Origin: Zygnema circumcarinatum SAG 698-1b
Taxonomy: Eukaryota > Plantae > Zygnematophyceae
Direction: 5' to 3'
Assembly (NCBI GenBank): GCA_037447605.1
Contig: CM074806.1
Location: 2,666,001 to 2,730,000 of the forward strand
DNA: 64,000 bases
In this document: one piece after another, positions 39,677-52,591 of the stretch
Layout of the letters: the number at the start of each line of letters is the position of its first letter
Numbering within the stretch: position 1 is the stretch's first letter
Notes under the pieces: model-generated
The model's input: only the letters and a program-made list of their open reading frames with translations
Told to the model about the DNA's origin: nothing
Databases searched by the model: none
Program-made: the position numbers and the translations under genes

Positions 39677-40751
39677 ATGTTTCCCATTTATACTTTTCCT
39701 AATATCTCCCTTGTTCCCCGTCTTGGGGCTAATCGCCCTTTTCTTTCTTCAATGTTATGGTAAACGAGAGCAGCTGAACGGAATTAGAGCTGCAGAGCTG
39801 TCATCCCGTTGGTGATCAAGAGCCTATCAGTGCCGAGTCTGTGAGGAGAGTCTTCAGCCCGAATGAAGTGGCAAAGGTTGAATCTTTTGAGGCCTCTATA
39901 GTTAGCCAGTAGAGTGCGCTCGCAGGAGTGTACACTGAAAGCCGAATAGGTTAAGGTGTAAAATAGGAGATTCCATGAGCCTCTAATTTTTGCAGCCATT
40001 GCTGGCAATGCACCCGCGTTCATTTTGGGTGATCCCCTTAAAACTAGAATGGATAGCCTCACGGAGAGGTTTCTCTGTGACCTTGCTATTTGCTGCAATG
40101 CCCTTCCCCGTGAAAAAAATCAGCCAGCTACAAGCTCCAATAAGTCAAGAAGTTGTCTTTGAAGGAAAGAAGGAAGATAGGGAATTGGGGCAGGGAAATG
40201 GGGGGGGGTTAGGGAGGCGGGGAGCAACGCCCTGTTCAAGCAATGAATTACTCAAAACTGTGGGGTACCACATTATCACACTTTGACTGTTTCCGACCAG
40301 CGCGACGGAGTTTCCGATTTTGTCGTACCACTCTACTCCCGAGCCTGCGATTGGAACGTTGTGGCTTGAACCAAACCCCAACTTTGACCAAAAAATCGAC
40401 TTCATTCAGGCACTCGGAGGTGAATGGCCTCCGCTGAATCGCTGTTAAAAACGTCTTCCCAATTGATCACGCCCTGATGTCAAGCCTGATACCCCCTAAT
40501 AGAGCTGTCTCTTGTATGACTTGAATGATTAGAGAAAAATGGGAGGAGAGGAGGGAGGGAAGGGAGGGAATCTGTACAATCAATTAAATTTCGGATTGCA
40601 CTTAGGTGGTGCTTCCGATGCAGCTTCACGACAATACTGTATCAATCATCATCTCAATGAAGGTCAATATTGTCCCCTTTTATTGCATAGTTTCCTACCG
40701 TAGTTAGACAGCCCGCACTCGTGCCCGCGTGTCACGACTCACGCACGTTCT

Positions 40752-41610
40752 GTACCGCGGTACAATCGTACGATACATTTTGTACAGCGTACGGTTCAAG
40801 ATTTCCGTACGATTGCCATGCTGGGCATGTCCATGGCATATAAACCGTACATGCCGTCCATGGTCGTGCACATACAGTGGGGGTCCTCGTATTTACCACC
40901 CTGAGTGCGTCCTCAATATTTTCGCCCCGATTTTGCCGAAACCACCTTTTTGTACGGTAACTTGTGTTAGCCGTACTAGCCGTATTTTTCGTACTTTTCG
41001 TACTTTTCGTACATTTCGTACTGTCCGTACTATCTGTACTAGCCGTTACGGGCTTACGCAAAACTCACCTAATCTCCCCGCTCGTGCCGCCGTAAGAGGC
41101 GCTCGCTCTTTTCCCCGTCTTCTTGAGTTCGATACGATACGATACGATATGGTCGATACGACACGAAACTTCCCGATACGGTACTATCCGACCAACCGAC
41201 CAACCAACCAACGTACCGCAGACTGGGCGATTTCCGCACACGACTGAGGGGATTAGCCCGTCAGTTGTTACATCTGCTCCATATACCATCCACATGAACC
41301 ATCTACAAGCAAGCATATTGACTTTAAGAGGTGTGTTGGTATTGAGCGTCCTATCAGTAGCACAAGGCACCCAGTTTTGTTTCATTGCCGTGGAAGCCCG
41401 TCAACCCCCAGCCCAATATTAACTCACTCATTTATTTCATCATGGGTGTGCTCGTCCACTATTGATAATTATAGCATCATCAATGAGACGAACAACATAG
41501 TCCTAAAAACTACGCTTATGCGTCACGATATGTCACGATACGATACGACGCTAAATGATACAGTACGATGCGGTACGATACGGTACGATATGGTACGGTG
41601 CGATACGTAC
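40752..41610. repeat. CGTAC/CGATA-rich simple-repeat region upstream of PBB
   Basis: 15 GTAC in 40752-41039, including (TTTTCGTAC)n at ~40986-41040. (CGATA)n at ~41129-41162, (CCGACCAA)n at ~41188-41210. A further 5 GTAC in a CGATA/CGGTA tract at 41563-41610. Confidence 0.85.
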
Positions 41611-41726
41611 GGTCCAACATGAACTCTAACATAATACCGCCCGTCTATTCGTAACACGAACCTTATATATGCAAAATTAATATTTTCGCCTCATATTGGC
41701 CGGAACCAGGGTGGAGACCCCCTACT

Positions 41727-41785
41727 GTACATATACATACATACATACATACATGCATACATACATACATACATACATACATACA
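41727..41785. repeat. (TACA)n microsatellite
   Basis: tacatatacatacatacatacatacatgcatacatac... about 14 units. Confidence 0.9.
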
Positions 41786-42013
41786 TGCGCGCATCGGCTG
41801 CCTGCGAAGCGCAGACGGGAGGGAGGGAGAGCTGCGGTTCCTCGTTCGCTCCTCTCCCGTCTGCCCTCCTGCCTCGCCTCGCCTCGCCTCGCCGCTGCAG
41901 CGCTGCGGTCGGTCGTGAGCAGGCCCGCGTGTGCAGAGCAGACGAAGGAGAAGCCTCGCTTTCGGCCCTACTCGCTCGGTTCATCTCTGCGCCCTTTTCC
42001 TGGCGCAGCAGCC

Positions 42014-45000
42014 ATGGGAAGCGCGTCCTGTGATGTGCCAGAGAAGGGCGGCTTTTCTTTCGATCTCTGCCGGCGGAACGCCTCCCTCGCTTCTTCTGGT
42101 CTCACTCCTCCCACGGCGCTGAAGACAGGCACAACCATAGCTGGCGTCCTCTTCAAGGTTTGGATGCCTTCTCTCGCACCCCCACCCCCTTGTTCTCTCT
42201 CTCTCTTTCTCTCTCTTTCTCCCTTTCATCCTCTCTCTCTATCTTGTTATCACTCTCCAACTACATGCACACAGGCACACATACACGTGATGCAATATAC
42301 ATTCATGGAACAAAGCGTGTAACCAACTGACACACACCATGGTTATGCTGCATTCTGCTAATCACATATTTCAGAATTTTAGCCAAATTATTGGAACTCT
42401 AATTCAAAGTGGACACACTTCTTTTTGTTGTAGGATGGTGTGGTGATAGGAGCGGACACACGTGCCACTGCCGGTGATATTGTTGCTGACAAGAATTGTA
42501 TGAAGATTCACCATCTAGCTCCCAACATTCGTTGCGGTGGCGCTGGGACTGCAGCTGACACAGAAGCTGTTACTGGTGCGTTGCAGTTTACTCACGTATT
42601 TCCCGTTAATTCTTCTTCTTCAATGGGGGGCAGAGTGATAAGGATGCGTTAGATTTGGGTCTCGCTTGTATGTTTTGTTCTGCTTTAGAAAGTGTCAAAA
42701 CGCTGGATGTGAAAGATTTAAGGCTCTTCTTTCGGTCGTTTGGGTGGATGGGAGCAGCGATGATAAGCTCAAACCTAGACCTGCATCGCTATGCAACTGG
42801 TCGGCCGACTCGAGTCATCACTGCTCTCACCATGCTTAAGTCGCATCTCTTCGGGTGGGTCCTCCCTTGCCACCCGTCTGGCCTCCTCTACCTTACTAGT
42901 AGGAGCTTGCAGCGGTAGTTCTGTGGAACGGGGGGCTCCTCCAGAATTGGCACGGCCCATACAAGCAATCCTGTACCATCGGCCGTTTCTATCTATTCCA
43001 GCATAGTATTTGGGCAAAACTTGCTTCGTTTCCTTGACGATGAATTGTTCCCCTACTGCCTTTGCTACTGTTATTGTCACTCAAGAGTAGAAAATAGGTC
43101 GTCGTTTTGTTATTAGTAAAGTAATTGCTTCACGACTAAGGGATTTGGTTTTCGGGTTCTATGGCCTGCGGTATGACAGATATCAAGGCCATATAGGGGC
43201 AGCACTTGTACTGGGCGGAGTGGATGCAATGGGTTCACATTTGTACACGGTACGCTACCACCGTTGGCCTTTAGGAAGGATATGCAGGGAACTCTACGGG
43301 TTTGGATTTTGTCATCTCAAATTAATAAATTAATTAATTATTATTTATTTATTCTATTCATATGGGTGAAGAAATGTGGAGCGGCACTTTTGTGGAAGAG
43401 CAAGAAGCACCGTTGGAAAGTTAGCCAGGAACTAGCATGTTCAGCCTGCCATTTTCACCTCTGTAGCCTCTATATGTGACTCCTTGTCATATGTTGCGTA
43501 TGAGTGTGTAGATCTGCCGAGACTGAGGAGAGTTTCATTTGTTAGGGCCCAGCCACTCAGATTTTATCGTGGGGGCATTCCTTCCTAAACGGCCACTTAG
43601 AGGAGCTTGCGATGTGTCATGAAGGGCTTCCTTCTAAAACATGCGAAATTCCATATGTTCATGTAGTAACCGAGTCTTGAATTTAATTTTTGACCACGTC
43701 GAGGGATTCGAGCAGCTGCACTTCAGGAGCATGGCAGGGACTCATGTAACATGGTTACACAGAGGAATCTCATTTGTCCGCGCATGATGCATTTTAGCTT
43801 TTTATTTCCTGATTTTCCTGAAGAGTTTGTGAACTTCAGATTTATCCTCATGGTTCCACGGACTGCCTACCATATGCAACGATGGGGTCGGGATCTTTGG
43901 CGGCCATGGCGATGTTCGAGTCTCAGTACAAGGAAAACATGACCGTAGGTTTCACTGTGTACAAGGCCTCTGCATTATCAGTCGTTCATGCCAAGCTACT
44001 ATGGAAAGCATGACTAACTTCAACTATGAACTCGTCGGAAAGCCTCCTGAGTCTGCTAGGGGGGAATCTGGGCAGTCGTGACAGATGAAATGAATGTGGT
44101 TAAGGGGGTTTTTGCAGAGAGAGGAAGCCATGGAGCTTGTTTCATCAGCCATTAAAGCAGGCATATTCAACGATCTTGGGAGTGGAAGCAATGTGGATCT
44201 CGCAGTCATAACCAAGGTATAGCATTCAAACATAAGTAGGACTGTATGTTTTTTGTTTGGATTCCTCCAATCCCCCCCATAAGAATCTTGAAAAGTAGGC
44301 TCGGTAGATGTTTGTAGAGAATGAAGAACGTGCAGACGGGAAACGAGAAGCTAATTGGAGGCTTTGGACATTGGCATTTATGTGAGCTTGAAGCATAGAT
44401 AAATGGTAGTTATCTCATTGCATGAGACTTGAACTTTCCCTTCATATATAGTTTTGGGTAAAGTCATTTTTGCCACTTGATGTACCTTACGACTCACGTC
44501 TAGACACATCTGTTGTTCTCGAGTCCACTTGCTGCAAATGTCGTTAAACACATGCTCTAGATTGGACATGGAGGATGTAATGTTCAGGTTGTAGGCGCTA
44601 CAGTATCAGCACAGCAAGTAGAGGACACGTTACAGGTTATGTGCTCAGATATGTGTGCTTATCTGTTAACTTACCATTTTGATAAAGTCGACAGCTTTCT
44701 CGTTGTAACCGTGTCGATTATGTGGAATCTTGGCGGTTGGCAGGATGGCATTGAAGATTTGCGCAATTATGAGAAACCAAACCCTCGACCATACGCTCAC
44801 TCAAAGGGTTACGTCTTTCCAAAAGGCTTTACTAGTAAGTCCGTCTGTGGCTCCTCTAGACACAGAATGCGGAATGCTTGAGCCAAGCGAGTTGATCAGG
44901 TTCGCTGTAGTTTTCCTGTCTGTGTGTCCTCAGCATACGTACATTCTGTGTGCTTTGCAGAAGTTATGAAAACACATGTTGAGGTGTTGCGGCCAGCAGC

Positions 45001-45034
45001 GACAGTTGGCGGAGAGGATGCCATGGAGGAGTAA
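42014..45034 (+). CDS. PBB: 20S proteasome subunit beta type-7 / beta-2 (trypsin-like site), 273 aa
   Basis: Exons 42014-42157, 42434-42575, 42758-42854, 43180-43249, 43840-43944, 44118-44216, 44744-44834, 44961-45034 (822 nt). [11 protein letters not shown] propeptide, catalytic KTG|[51 protein letters not shown], ends AMEE*. Confidence 0.96.
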
Positions 45035-46288
45035 AATGCGAGGGCAAGGTGCGTTTCTAAGATCGCATGAGTTCTGGTTATGAAGGCTGCTGGTCGCTGG
45101 ACCTGCGTTGACGAGCTGAGTCTCAGATTGTTTCCAGGAGTAGAGGTTACGTTGGAGGACTCCTTTGGTGTTGTTTCACTAAGACTCGGCGTCACAGCTA
45201 TTATTTTCAAACTGAGTAACAGTGAGCAGCGGGAGGAGAAAGGAAGGGAGGCGTGCTGCAGCACGACTGAAGTGTTGTATTCTTGTGGGTGGGGCGGAGT
45301 GGCACAGGGCTGACGCACGAAGAGCTTCGATTTTCTCAGCAGTCGCTATGCAGGGCAGGAATCACTGTCCACGGTTTCGTGCCGTCCACATGTGAATAAC
45401 TAAACTGTACGCTTATTTTGTAACAAGCCGTCGACCGGATGGATTCTGCTTACCACATGCTTCTTGCAAAGGCAATGTACACATATTGTTGGGCTTTATG
45501 TGCCGCTGCTGATTTCATCTTGTGATCATGGCATCGAAGAATGGTATGGTGTTTATGTCATGCCGGCAGTTTTTGGACTCGGCCTGCTGTGGATCAGACA
45601 GCATGCAGCCGAGGGCAAAGGGTCACAGCAGTCAATATTAACTCAAAATCAATAAGTCGACAGCACTGCCGTTTACTTTTTTACCTGTATTGCAATGCAC
45701 AAACGTAGGATATCAGCATTCACTCGTTCCCATCGCTGTATGGACCATGACTGACTGAATGATTAACTTCGGCCTCACAATGAAAAACGTACTGAGCAAT
45801 CGACATTGAGTGCCCAAGCGTGTGACGACTATTCTACATATTTACGGGTACCAATACTGTAACAGACGCTTTGAGCACAGTACGTAGCCCAAGAGGACAC
45901 ACAGGGAAGAGATTGTCATGTTGAATGTTAGAGTAACAAGTTAGAGTCACCTACAGATTTCTGAACCTCTAAATAAATGCCCGAGGACAAAATAGAGATT
46001 TTATCATATCTCAGTTTTTCAGATCTCTTTTTCACAACTCAGAAAAAAAACAAAAAACTCGACACCAAGGTAATACAATACTTTGCTGTACATAAAAAGT
46101 AACCCCATAGAAGCAGAGCAGGGACATAGCTATCATAAGACAATCATGCACGTGCACTTCCTTCCCAAAATAGAGTGAACCAATCTCCAGTTCGCCCTCT
46201 TCTCCCTTTGCCCTCGTTCAAGCCACGGATGATTCAAACCCGGAGCCTGCATCCGCACACTGAGAAAAAGAAAAACCCAAGAGGCGCG

Positions 46289-49200
46289 TCACTGCTGGTA
46301 GCAGCTGCCCGGGTAGGGCGGGCTTTCGCGGGCAAAAAAGTTGCGCACAGGAGCGGCGGGGATTCCCCTCTTTGTCAGCAGACAGCGGAACCATTCAAGG
46401 CGCTCCAAGACCTCTCCCCTGCTACCCTCCTCCACTGCTTTCCGGGGGCTCCATAGCCGCTCTGCTCCACCCACCCCATGGCAAACACCAGTTATTTCCT
46501 CCATCACCCAGTTTTCACTTCAACATGGAAATGGCACCCGGAATCCTCGTCATTTCAGGCGAGCTCTCACACACAATTTAGCCCGAATGATGCCTGCTCT
46601 ATCTAATAAGGCAGTCTTAACCCCCCGAAGGCAACCAATCAACACACCTGCAGCTGCAGCCGCGCGGGGCCAGATAGTCTGCAGCACGTCAGACGGGTCT
46701 GCTGTTTCCCCCCACATGCAGACCTCCCCACCCAGCACAAGCTTCTGCTCCTCCAAATCGTTGATCCCAGCGTGCGGCTCGTTGTTATAAAATTGTTCCC
46801 ACGGGACATCTAGGTGGTCAAGATACCATACATCCTGATTGCTCACAATGCAGCGGTGGCCTGCTGCCACCACCTTCGGTGCAATGCCAGGTTGTATCCT
46901 GCATCCCCAGCCACAGCGTCTTCAACATCCCATTTTCTTTTACAGACACCATGAACAACTAATCGACCCCTTTTCTCCCTTTCTGTACTCAAATCTTGTC
47001 TCCTAAAGTTTATCAGCTCTATCTCCTCTCCAGCACCGAGTATACAATAAAAATTACCGTACCAGTTGTGAACAATGCTGTTCGGATGTAATCGCTCTCC
47101 AAATTCGTCAAATGGCTCCTCCCTACAACCAAATCCACGTCCGCCTAATGTACCGTAAGATGTTAAAGCTAAGATATAAAAAAAAATTATATACATATTC
47201 TTCATATTCATATTCAACTTAACTGACAACTCTTCACGTATACAAGATTGAAAAGACTTCCCCTGCCTCCCCAACAGCCACATGTCACGCAAATTGCCCC
47301 TGCTCTCACCAGTTCACGGGCTCCCAGCCGCGGGCGAGGGCAAGTCGCTGTGCGCGCAATACAAACTCCGCATATGCATCATGAGCACTCAGATTGCGGG
47401 CCACCAGCCTGCATCCATGGTCATTGTCAAATAGAAGATCTTCTGAAACCCTGCTCAATTCTAATTCACGAGGTTTCCTGCACACAAATGGCACATTGCA
47501 CAACATGAACTTCAGATGCAAGCCTTTTCCCCAAAGGAGGCACGTACCACTCCTTAACTCGAGGCGTTTGGGTCCAACATGCTGCCGAAACCCAGTGCAA
47601 AGAAATTCCCCCAAGCCCCAACTGTGACAAGGTAAGCTTTCCATTACGATTAAATCGATATCTTCTTGCAATAGCTTCTGTTGTTCATAATCTCAAGCCA
47701 ACGTGACTGCTCGTTAAACAATAAGCAGGATTTTTCTTACTCGTGTCCACTTCGTCCCCACCAAGGTGCAGCAAGCGATAAGGAAACACCTTGGCGAAAT
47801 CTGCAAATCTCCATAAAGACGTCAGTGTGCGTGCTTCTTAGAAGTGGGGAATATGGACATGCTGCAGAGTGGGCCTGTTGAGAAGCTGAACAAAAGATAT
47901 CATCGACGAGCTGAAGCAATAGGCAGAGCTTTATGATGACCTGACAGAATGCCGTCGATCAGCTCAAAGGTAAATGGCTTGCTGATGTCAAGCAGACTCC
48001 GGCATGAAAGAGATGGCCAAAGCTCTGGGTAGCCTATCCCCCTGCGACCATCGTCCCCATTGCAATGAAGCCGAACCGATGCGAGGAGACGTTTAGTTAT
48101 ATCAAAGATTAACATTTACCTTGTGCTGCATTGCTCGAAAGTCAATGCTCAGGTGAGAGGGATAGAGTTAGTGTGGAAGAGGAAAAAAAGGTCATTTCTC
48201 CAATGGTAACAAGACGGTCGAGTTTTTGCACTCTCGATTGAACCAGCCATATCGCCTACAGGGCGTGGCACCATTTAGACCAAACATAATGATCGAGTTC
48301 AACCCTTCCGGGAACTGCGTTCCCGCTAACTATTGTTGGACGTTCAATGAGTGATGTGGCGATAAATTTAGGTTTTTCCTCATACCAGCACACCGCCGAC
48401 TATTCAAAACAACGTCGTGCAGACGTACGCGTTACTTGTAGCAAGTATTTATCGGCTATTTTATAGTTGCGATGGATAGGCGAGAACAAGAAATTGTTGA
48501 GACGCTGTTGGTACGCTGAACGGTTGTCTTAATGACTGTTGAAACGTCTCTACTATAGCTCACGATGGAGAAAGGCCCAGAGAGAGAGATGAGGAAGCGA
48601 GAGTGGCAAAAAGCGGGAGAGAGAAAGAGAGACGCACCAGCACTTTGTGTGCCCCGGCACGTCCAGCTCGGCCATCACCTTCACCCCTGCAGCCCAACAG
48701 CCGTGGTATCATCCAACACTGCCCAGCCAGAACATCAATCTCCACATTTAAACTTGTTCTGATCCGTTGAACAAGTCCTTCTTCCTTTGAGGAAAACCAA
48801 CGCAGTGTTGCCATCGTTTCGTCAGAAAACGGCATCGTAAGAGTCGGTTAAGCACCTCGCAAACGAGCATACCTGCAGACTCCAGGCAGGATAGAAATGT
48901 TAGCATTTACCCAACCCAGATCGCTCACAGTCAGTAGTCTATCATTCCAGCTGCCTTCCATGGGTGAAGGAGATGGAGTGCTCACTCCACCAGCTCGCTC
49001 GCATCGTCGAGACTGAATCTTTCCTCCTCCGAATACGAGCCCTGCCACAGCTTTGGGAACGACGGTATCTCGAGGGGAAACGACTGATCGTCTACAATGT
49101 GCCAATGCCTGCAGTGACCTCTCCCCGTTGTCAAGGCCACGTTCAGTACCAATTCCGTCCAATTTCAAAGAGTAACGAGAAAACTCGATCCTCTACTCCT

Positions 49201-51081
49201 TCCGCAATCTCCCTTAGAGCAGTAATGTCTAACTACAAACATTTGCAACTCCCCAAAGAGTTCTGCTGAGTACACTCACAGCACATTCAGTTTCGCATAG
49301 GCCATGGAGTCCACCACAAGTCGAAGAAATTTCATGGGCTCATAATGGCGCGAGGTGTCTGCACAAGATCATAGTCCCAAGCACAAGACTCATACCCTGA
49401 CTTCTAACAACTTGAACCAACTGCGTACATGCAATGTTGATGTATCATTCCGTCAACAAACTGAGAACAAACCTCTAATATTCAAAAAAAAATCAATAAA
49501 AAGTGCTCCAAAAGCATCGTCTTTGTAGAAAGGGCAATGATCCCCACTGCCCTTCAGCTACATGTTTTTTGACTTGGAAACCGTACAAACTGATAAGTTA
49601 CACATCGGATGTCTATCAAACGTGCGTTCCAATATAGGCTATCAAATAATTGCATTGGTTGTTCAGATTTAACGACTCATATTGCACTAAAGCGTTGGCA
49701 CAGACAGTGTCACCGGCTTTCACCCACTCTCTCCCTGCCTTCAACCGATTTATCAAGTTCATGTGGTCCAAAAACTATCAAAAAAACCTTAGGACTCATT
49801 GGATATAAATAAAGACTAGTCGAAGAGATCTCTCATCTAATCTTGTTTACGTAAATGCAGAGCTAACCCTACAAAATGTAAAGGCCAGCCTACCGACAAG
49901 AAGACCACGATGACGAAAACGAGGAGCGTCTGTTATAGACCATGGGGCCTGCTGGATTTGGACAACTCGTGCATGCCAATCGTAGTGAGTCAGCTGACTC
50001 AGAGTCTGCTCCCCACTCCCCAACCCTCGTCCCCCTTTCAAAGAAGTGTTTCCTGCACTTCTTCCCAGTTCCACCTATTGCATAAGTGATTTCTGGAAAA
50101 CAAATGAGCACGGACGACTGCCTCTTTCTATATGAAAGTCAATCTTCTTCCTCAAAGCAATGCCGTAAGTGCTACGCATTCAGAACTAACCACAGCGACA
50201 GAACGAGAGGACAAATGCGACAAATAAAGCTGGGAAAGAGGAAAATTACAAAAATCTCACCTGCAACGCTTGGAGCACCCCATACACTGTCGCAGCCTGC
50301 GAAAGAAACCACTCCTTCCCTCACTGAGGCAAGTTCGAAACAGTATCTTATAGACAGGAATCATTGTTTCACTATCTCCAGCAGGAGATAAAGTGGTTTC
50401 TTATGTGAGTGATTTCCATACCTCCACTATCGCGGCTGAGCCATTGGAAGGGACCTCCAGGTAGTACGACTCGTCTGTCTCTAGTTGCAGCTGCAGGTCC
50501 ATTCTCAGTCCAAAAGTGCAAGAGAAATTTTCATAGTCTTAGTGCCAGCTGGATGAAAAAGAGAGACACGGCCAAAGAAAGAAGCGGAAGCATTTTTTTT
50601 CATTTTTTCGGCATGCAAACTTTTAAAGGTCACCTGCGCGTACCGTTTCATCTGCAGAAGCCACGCTGACAATGACTTCGCTGAGCTCAACGACCTTGTC
50701 CGAGCCAACCTCCTGTGCAAAGACATGGTGCGCTGGATGCGTAAAAATGAGGCTGTTCGTCCGCTCAAAAGCTGCCAAAAGCAGGGGAGAGTCTGCTGCA
50801 GGTCCGACGGCCTGGAAATGGAGAGGTCGCCGAAGCTGGACATGAGCGCTGCCACGGGTAAAGGATTGAGGCAGAGGCCACAGCAAGACAGCTTCCTCCG
50901 CAAGGCTTTTATTTGAAACATTCGCGTCAAAATTCGGCTTGGGGTCAGTAGAACCAGCGCCTGCTGCAGCGCCCTTTCCTTTCATAATCGACCAAGGAAG
51001 GTTAGAGAAGCGGCGGGCAGAGGCCTCCTGCACGAACACCGCTGCGAGAACTAGAAGCAGGGCGCCTTGCAGCCTCGCCAT
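46289..51081 (-). CDS. HEXO: Beta-hexosaminidase (GH20, HEXO1/HEXO3 type), ~566 aa
   Basis: Exons 51081-50644, 50490-50422, 50296-50261, 50005-49894, 49358-49280, 49108-48986, 48872-48856, 48686-48638, 48041-47941, 47800-47741, 47581-47548, 47408-47310, 47122-47063, 46898-46648, 46461-46289 (1701 nt). Signal peptide, LLWPLPQ, DAPRFRHRGLLVDTSRHY, LNVLHWHIVDDQSFP, ELDVPGH, catalytic HLGGDEV, GGEVCMWGE, WPRAAAAAERLWS. Confidence 0.95.
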
Positions 51082-51109
51082 CGTGCACTACCGCTCTCCC
51101 TCCCTTCCT

Positions 51110-51157
51110 CCCTCACTCCGTTCCTCTCTTCCTCCCTCACTCCGTTCCTCTCTTCCT
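51110..51157. repeat. 24-bp tandem duplication in the HEXO 5' UTR
   Basis: CCCTCACTCCGTTCCTCTCTTCCT at 51110-51133 and 51134-51157. Confidence 0.85.
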
Positions 51158-51217
51158 CCCTCCCTCCCGCAGAGCACGAGTCCACAAGGAAGCGGAGGGA
51201 GGAGCGGGGGAGGGAGC

Positions 51218-51475
51218 GTACGGTACTGGGGAGGACAGCCGCCCGGCCGTACAGCGTACGAACACCTGCTCCCTGACGCGTCGACCCTGTGAAGTCAATC
51301 CGGTGACGTACAGTTAGGGATGGCTTAATTACGACTATATAATATATATTATATTATATAACTGTGACGACTAGATAACGGCTGTTATATAATACTTTAC
51401 AACGCCTTTACAACATGTACGGTCGTACGGTCATACGGTCGAACGACTGTACGGTATTATGCGGTACGGGTGTAC
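51218..51475. promoter_or_regulatory. GTAC cluster (10 in ~260 bp) with AT-rich core upstream of HEXO
   Basis: GTAC at 51218, 51223, 51249, 51256, 51308, 51417, 51425, 51449, 51464, 51472. Near-palindromic TATATAATATATATTATATTATATA at ~51336-51360. Confidence 0.55.
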
Positions 51476-51515
51476 GAGCAGACAGAGTGAACCAGACGGA
51501 CGCATTTCGCAACGC

Positions 51516-52591
51516 TGTAGCGTAACGGAGCTGCGTTCGACGGATCCGCGTCCGTTCAGTTGTACTTGACATATTCATATTCGGTGTCACGGACCGGCAT
51601 AATCCAGGAGTTGCCGACGGAAAATGCGAGAAGGCGGCGCCATGTGTTGGCGGCCCACGGCACGGCACACCATCCAGCTAGGCGCACTCGGAAGCGCCGC
51701 AACATGCCGCCGATTGTCAGCAGTTGACCTATCAGAAGGCCCCACGTAGTCACTCAGGCCTCTCAGTGGGCAGTTGGCCAATCAGGGACTGTCACTGCTA
51801 AGGCTCAAGATCTATTGTCAGTGTTAAGTAGATGGGATGTCAGTGATGCTTGATTGTCTTTTAGTGCTGGGCTTAGTATTTGTATTTGCTGTGTGGTTTG
51901 TTGTCTTGTTCTTCTCTTCTTCCTCTTCAGTTCCAGCAACAGATGCTAAGTGTGAGAGAGAGAGAGAGTTCCATGCCATAGATAGAGAGAGAGAGAGAGA
52001 GAAAGAGTCTTCTTGCTGATAGCATTTAGACGTCCCATTCAGCCCAGCCAGACAAAGATTTCAGTGAGAAGATACTTTCATTGTAATGACAATCCCCAGC
52101 CAACCGCTGGCTGGGGTGACTTTCCAAAATACAACCTTTATCTAAGTTGAGTCCTGTTTTCCCTTTGCGGTCACTATGCCAAGCTACCCTCTTGTTCTAT
52201 CCTGCCTTACATTCCTCCCAATGACCAATGATANNNNNNNNNNCGTACCAACGGTTACCCGTAATTGTACGGACGAACGGCGAATTCCAAAAGGGGGATC
52301 CGGGCCGCGGCCCGAGATCCAATCGCGGGACCGGATTGGTCCCGTGGTGCCGGTAATCCCCAATCCTCCCTTAAGCCGAGGAGGGGACCTTGGCTGCTGG
52401 TGTGGGGCGCACCGTGACTATGTGGTGCCCCCACGTGTGAACCAGTTCTTACGGTTCGGACCTAGGACCTCCGTGGTCCTATAGGGTATCCGATGCCCTA
52501 ACCGTTAGGTACTGCATTGGATGGAAACATAAAGCCACGCCGGGCCCTAAGTAACCCTTCCCCCTTGGGGTGACTGTAGCGTTTCGCTACA
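51516..52591 (+). repeat. 5' LTR (interrupted by an assembly gap)
   Basis: TG...CA termini with inverted TGTAGC/GCTACA. 51516-52233 aligns with 60180-~60890, near-identical over ~51830-52000. The block after the gap shares the GGGGCGCA...GTGCCCC motif at about the same distance (~190 bp) from the end as in the 3' LTR. Confidence 0.8.
52234..52243. other. Assembly gap (10 N)
   Basis: Run of N. Confidence 1.
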
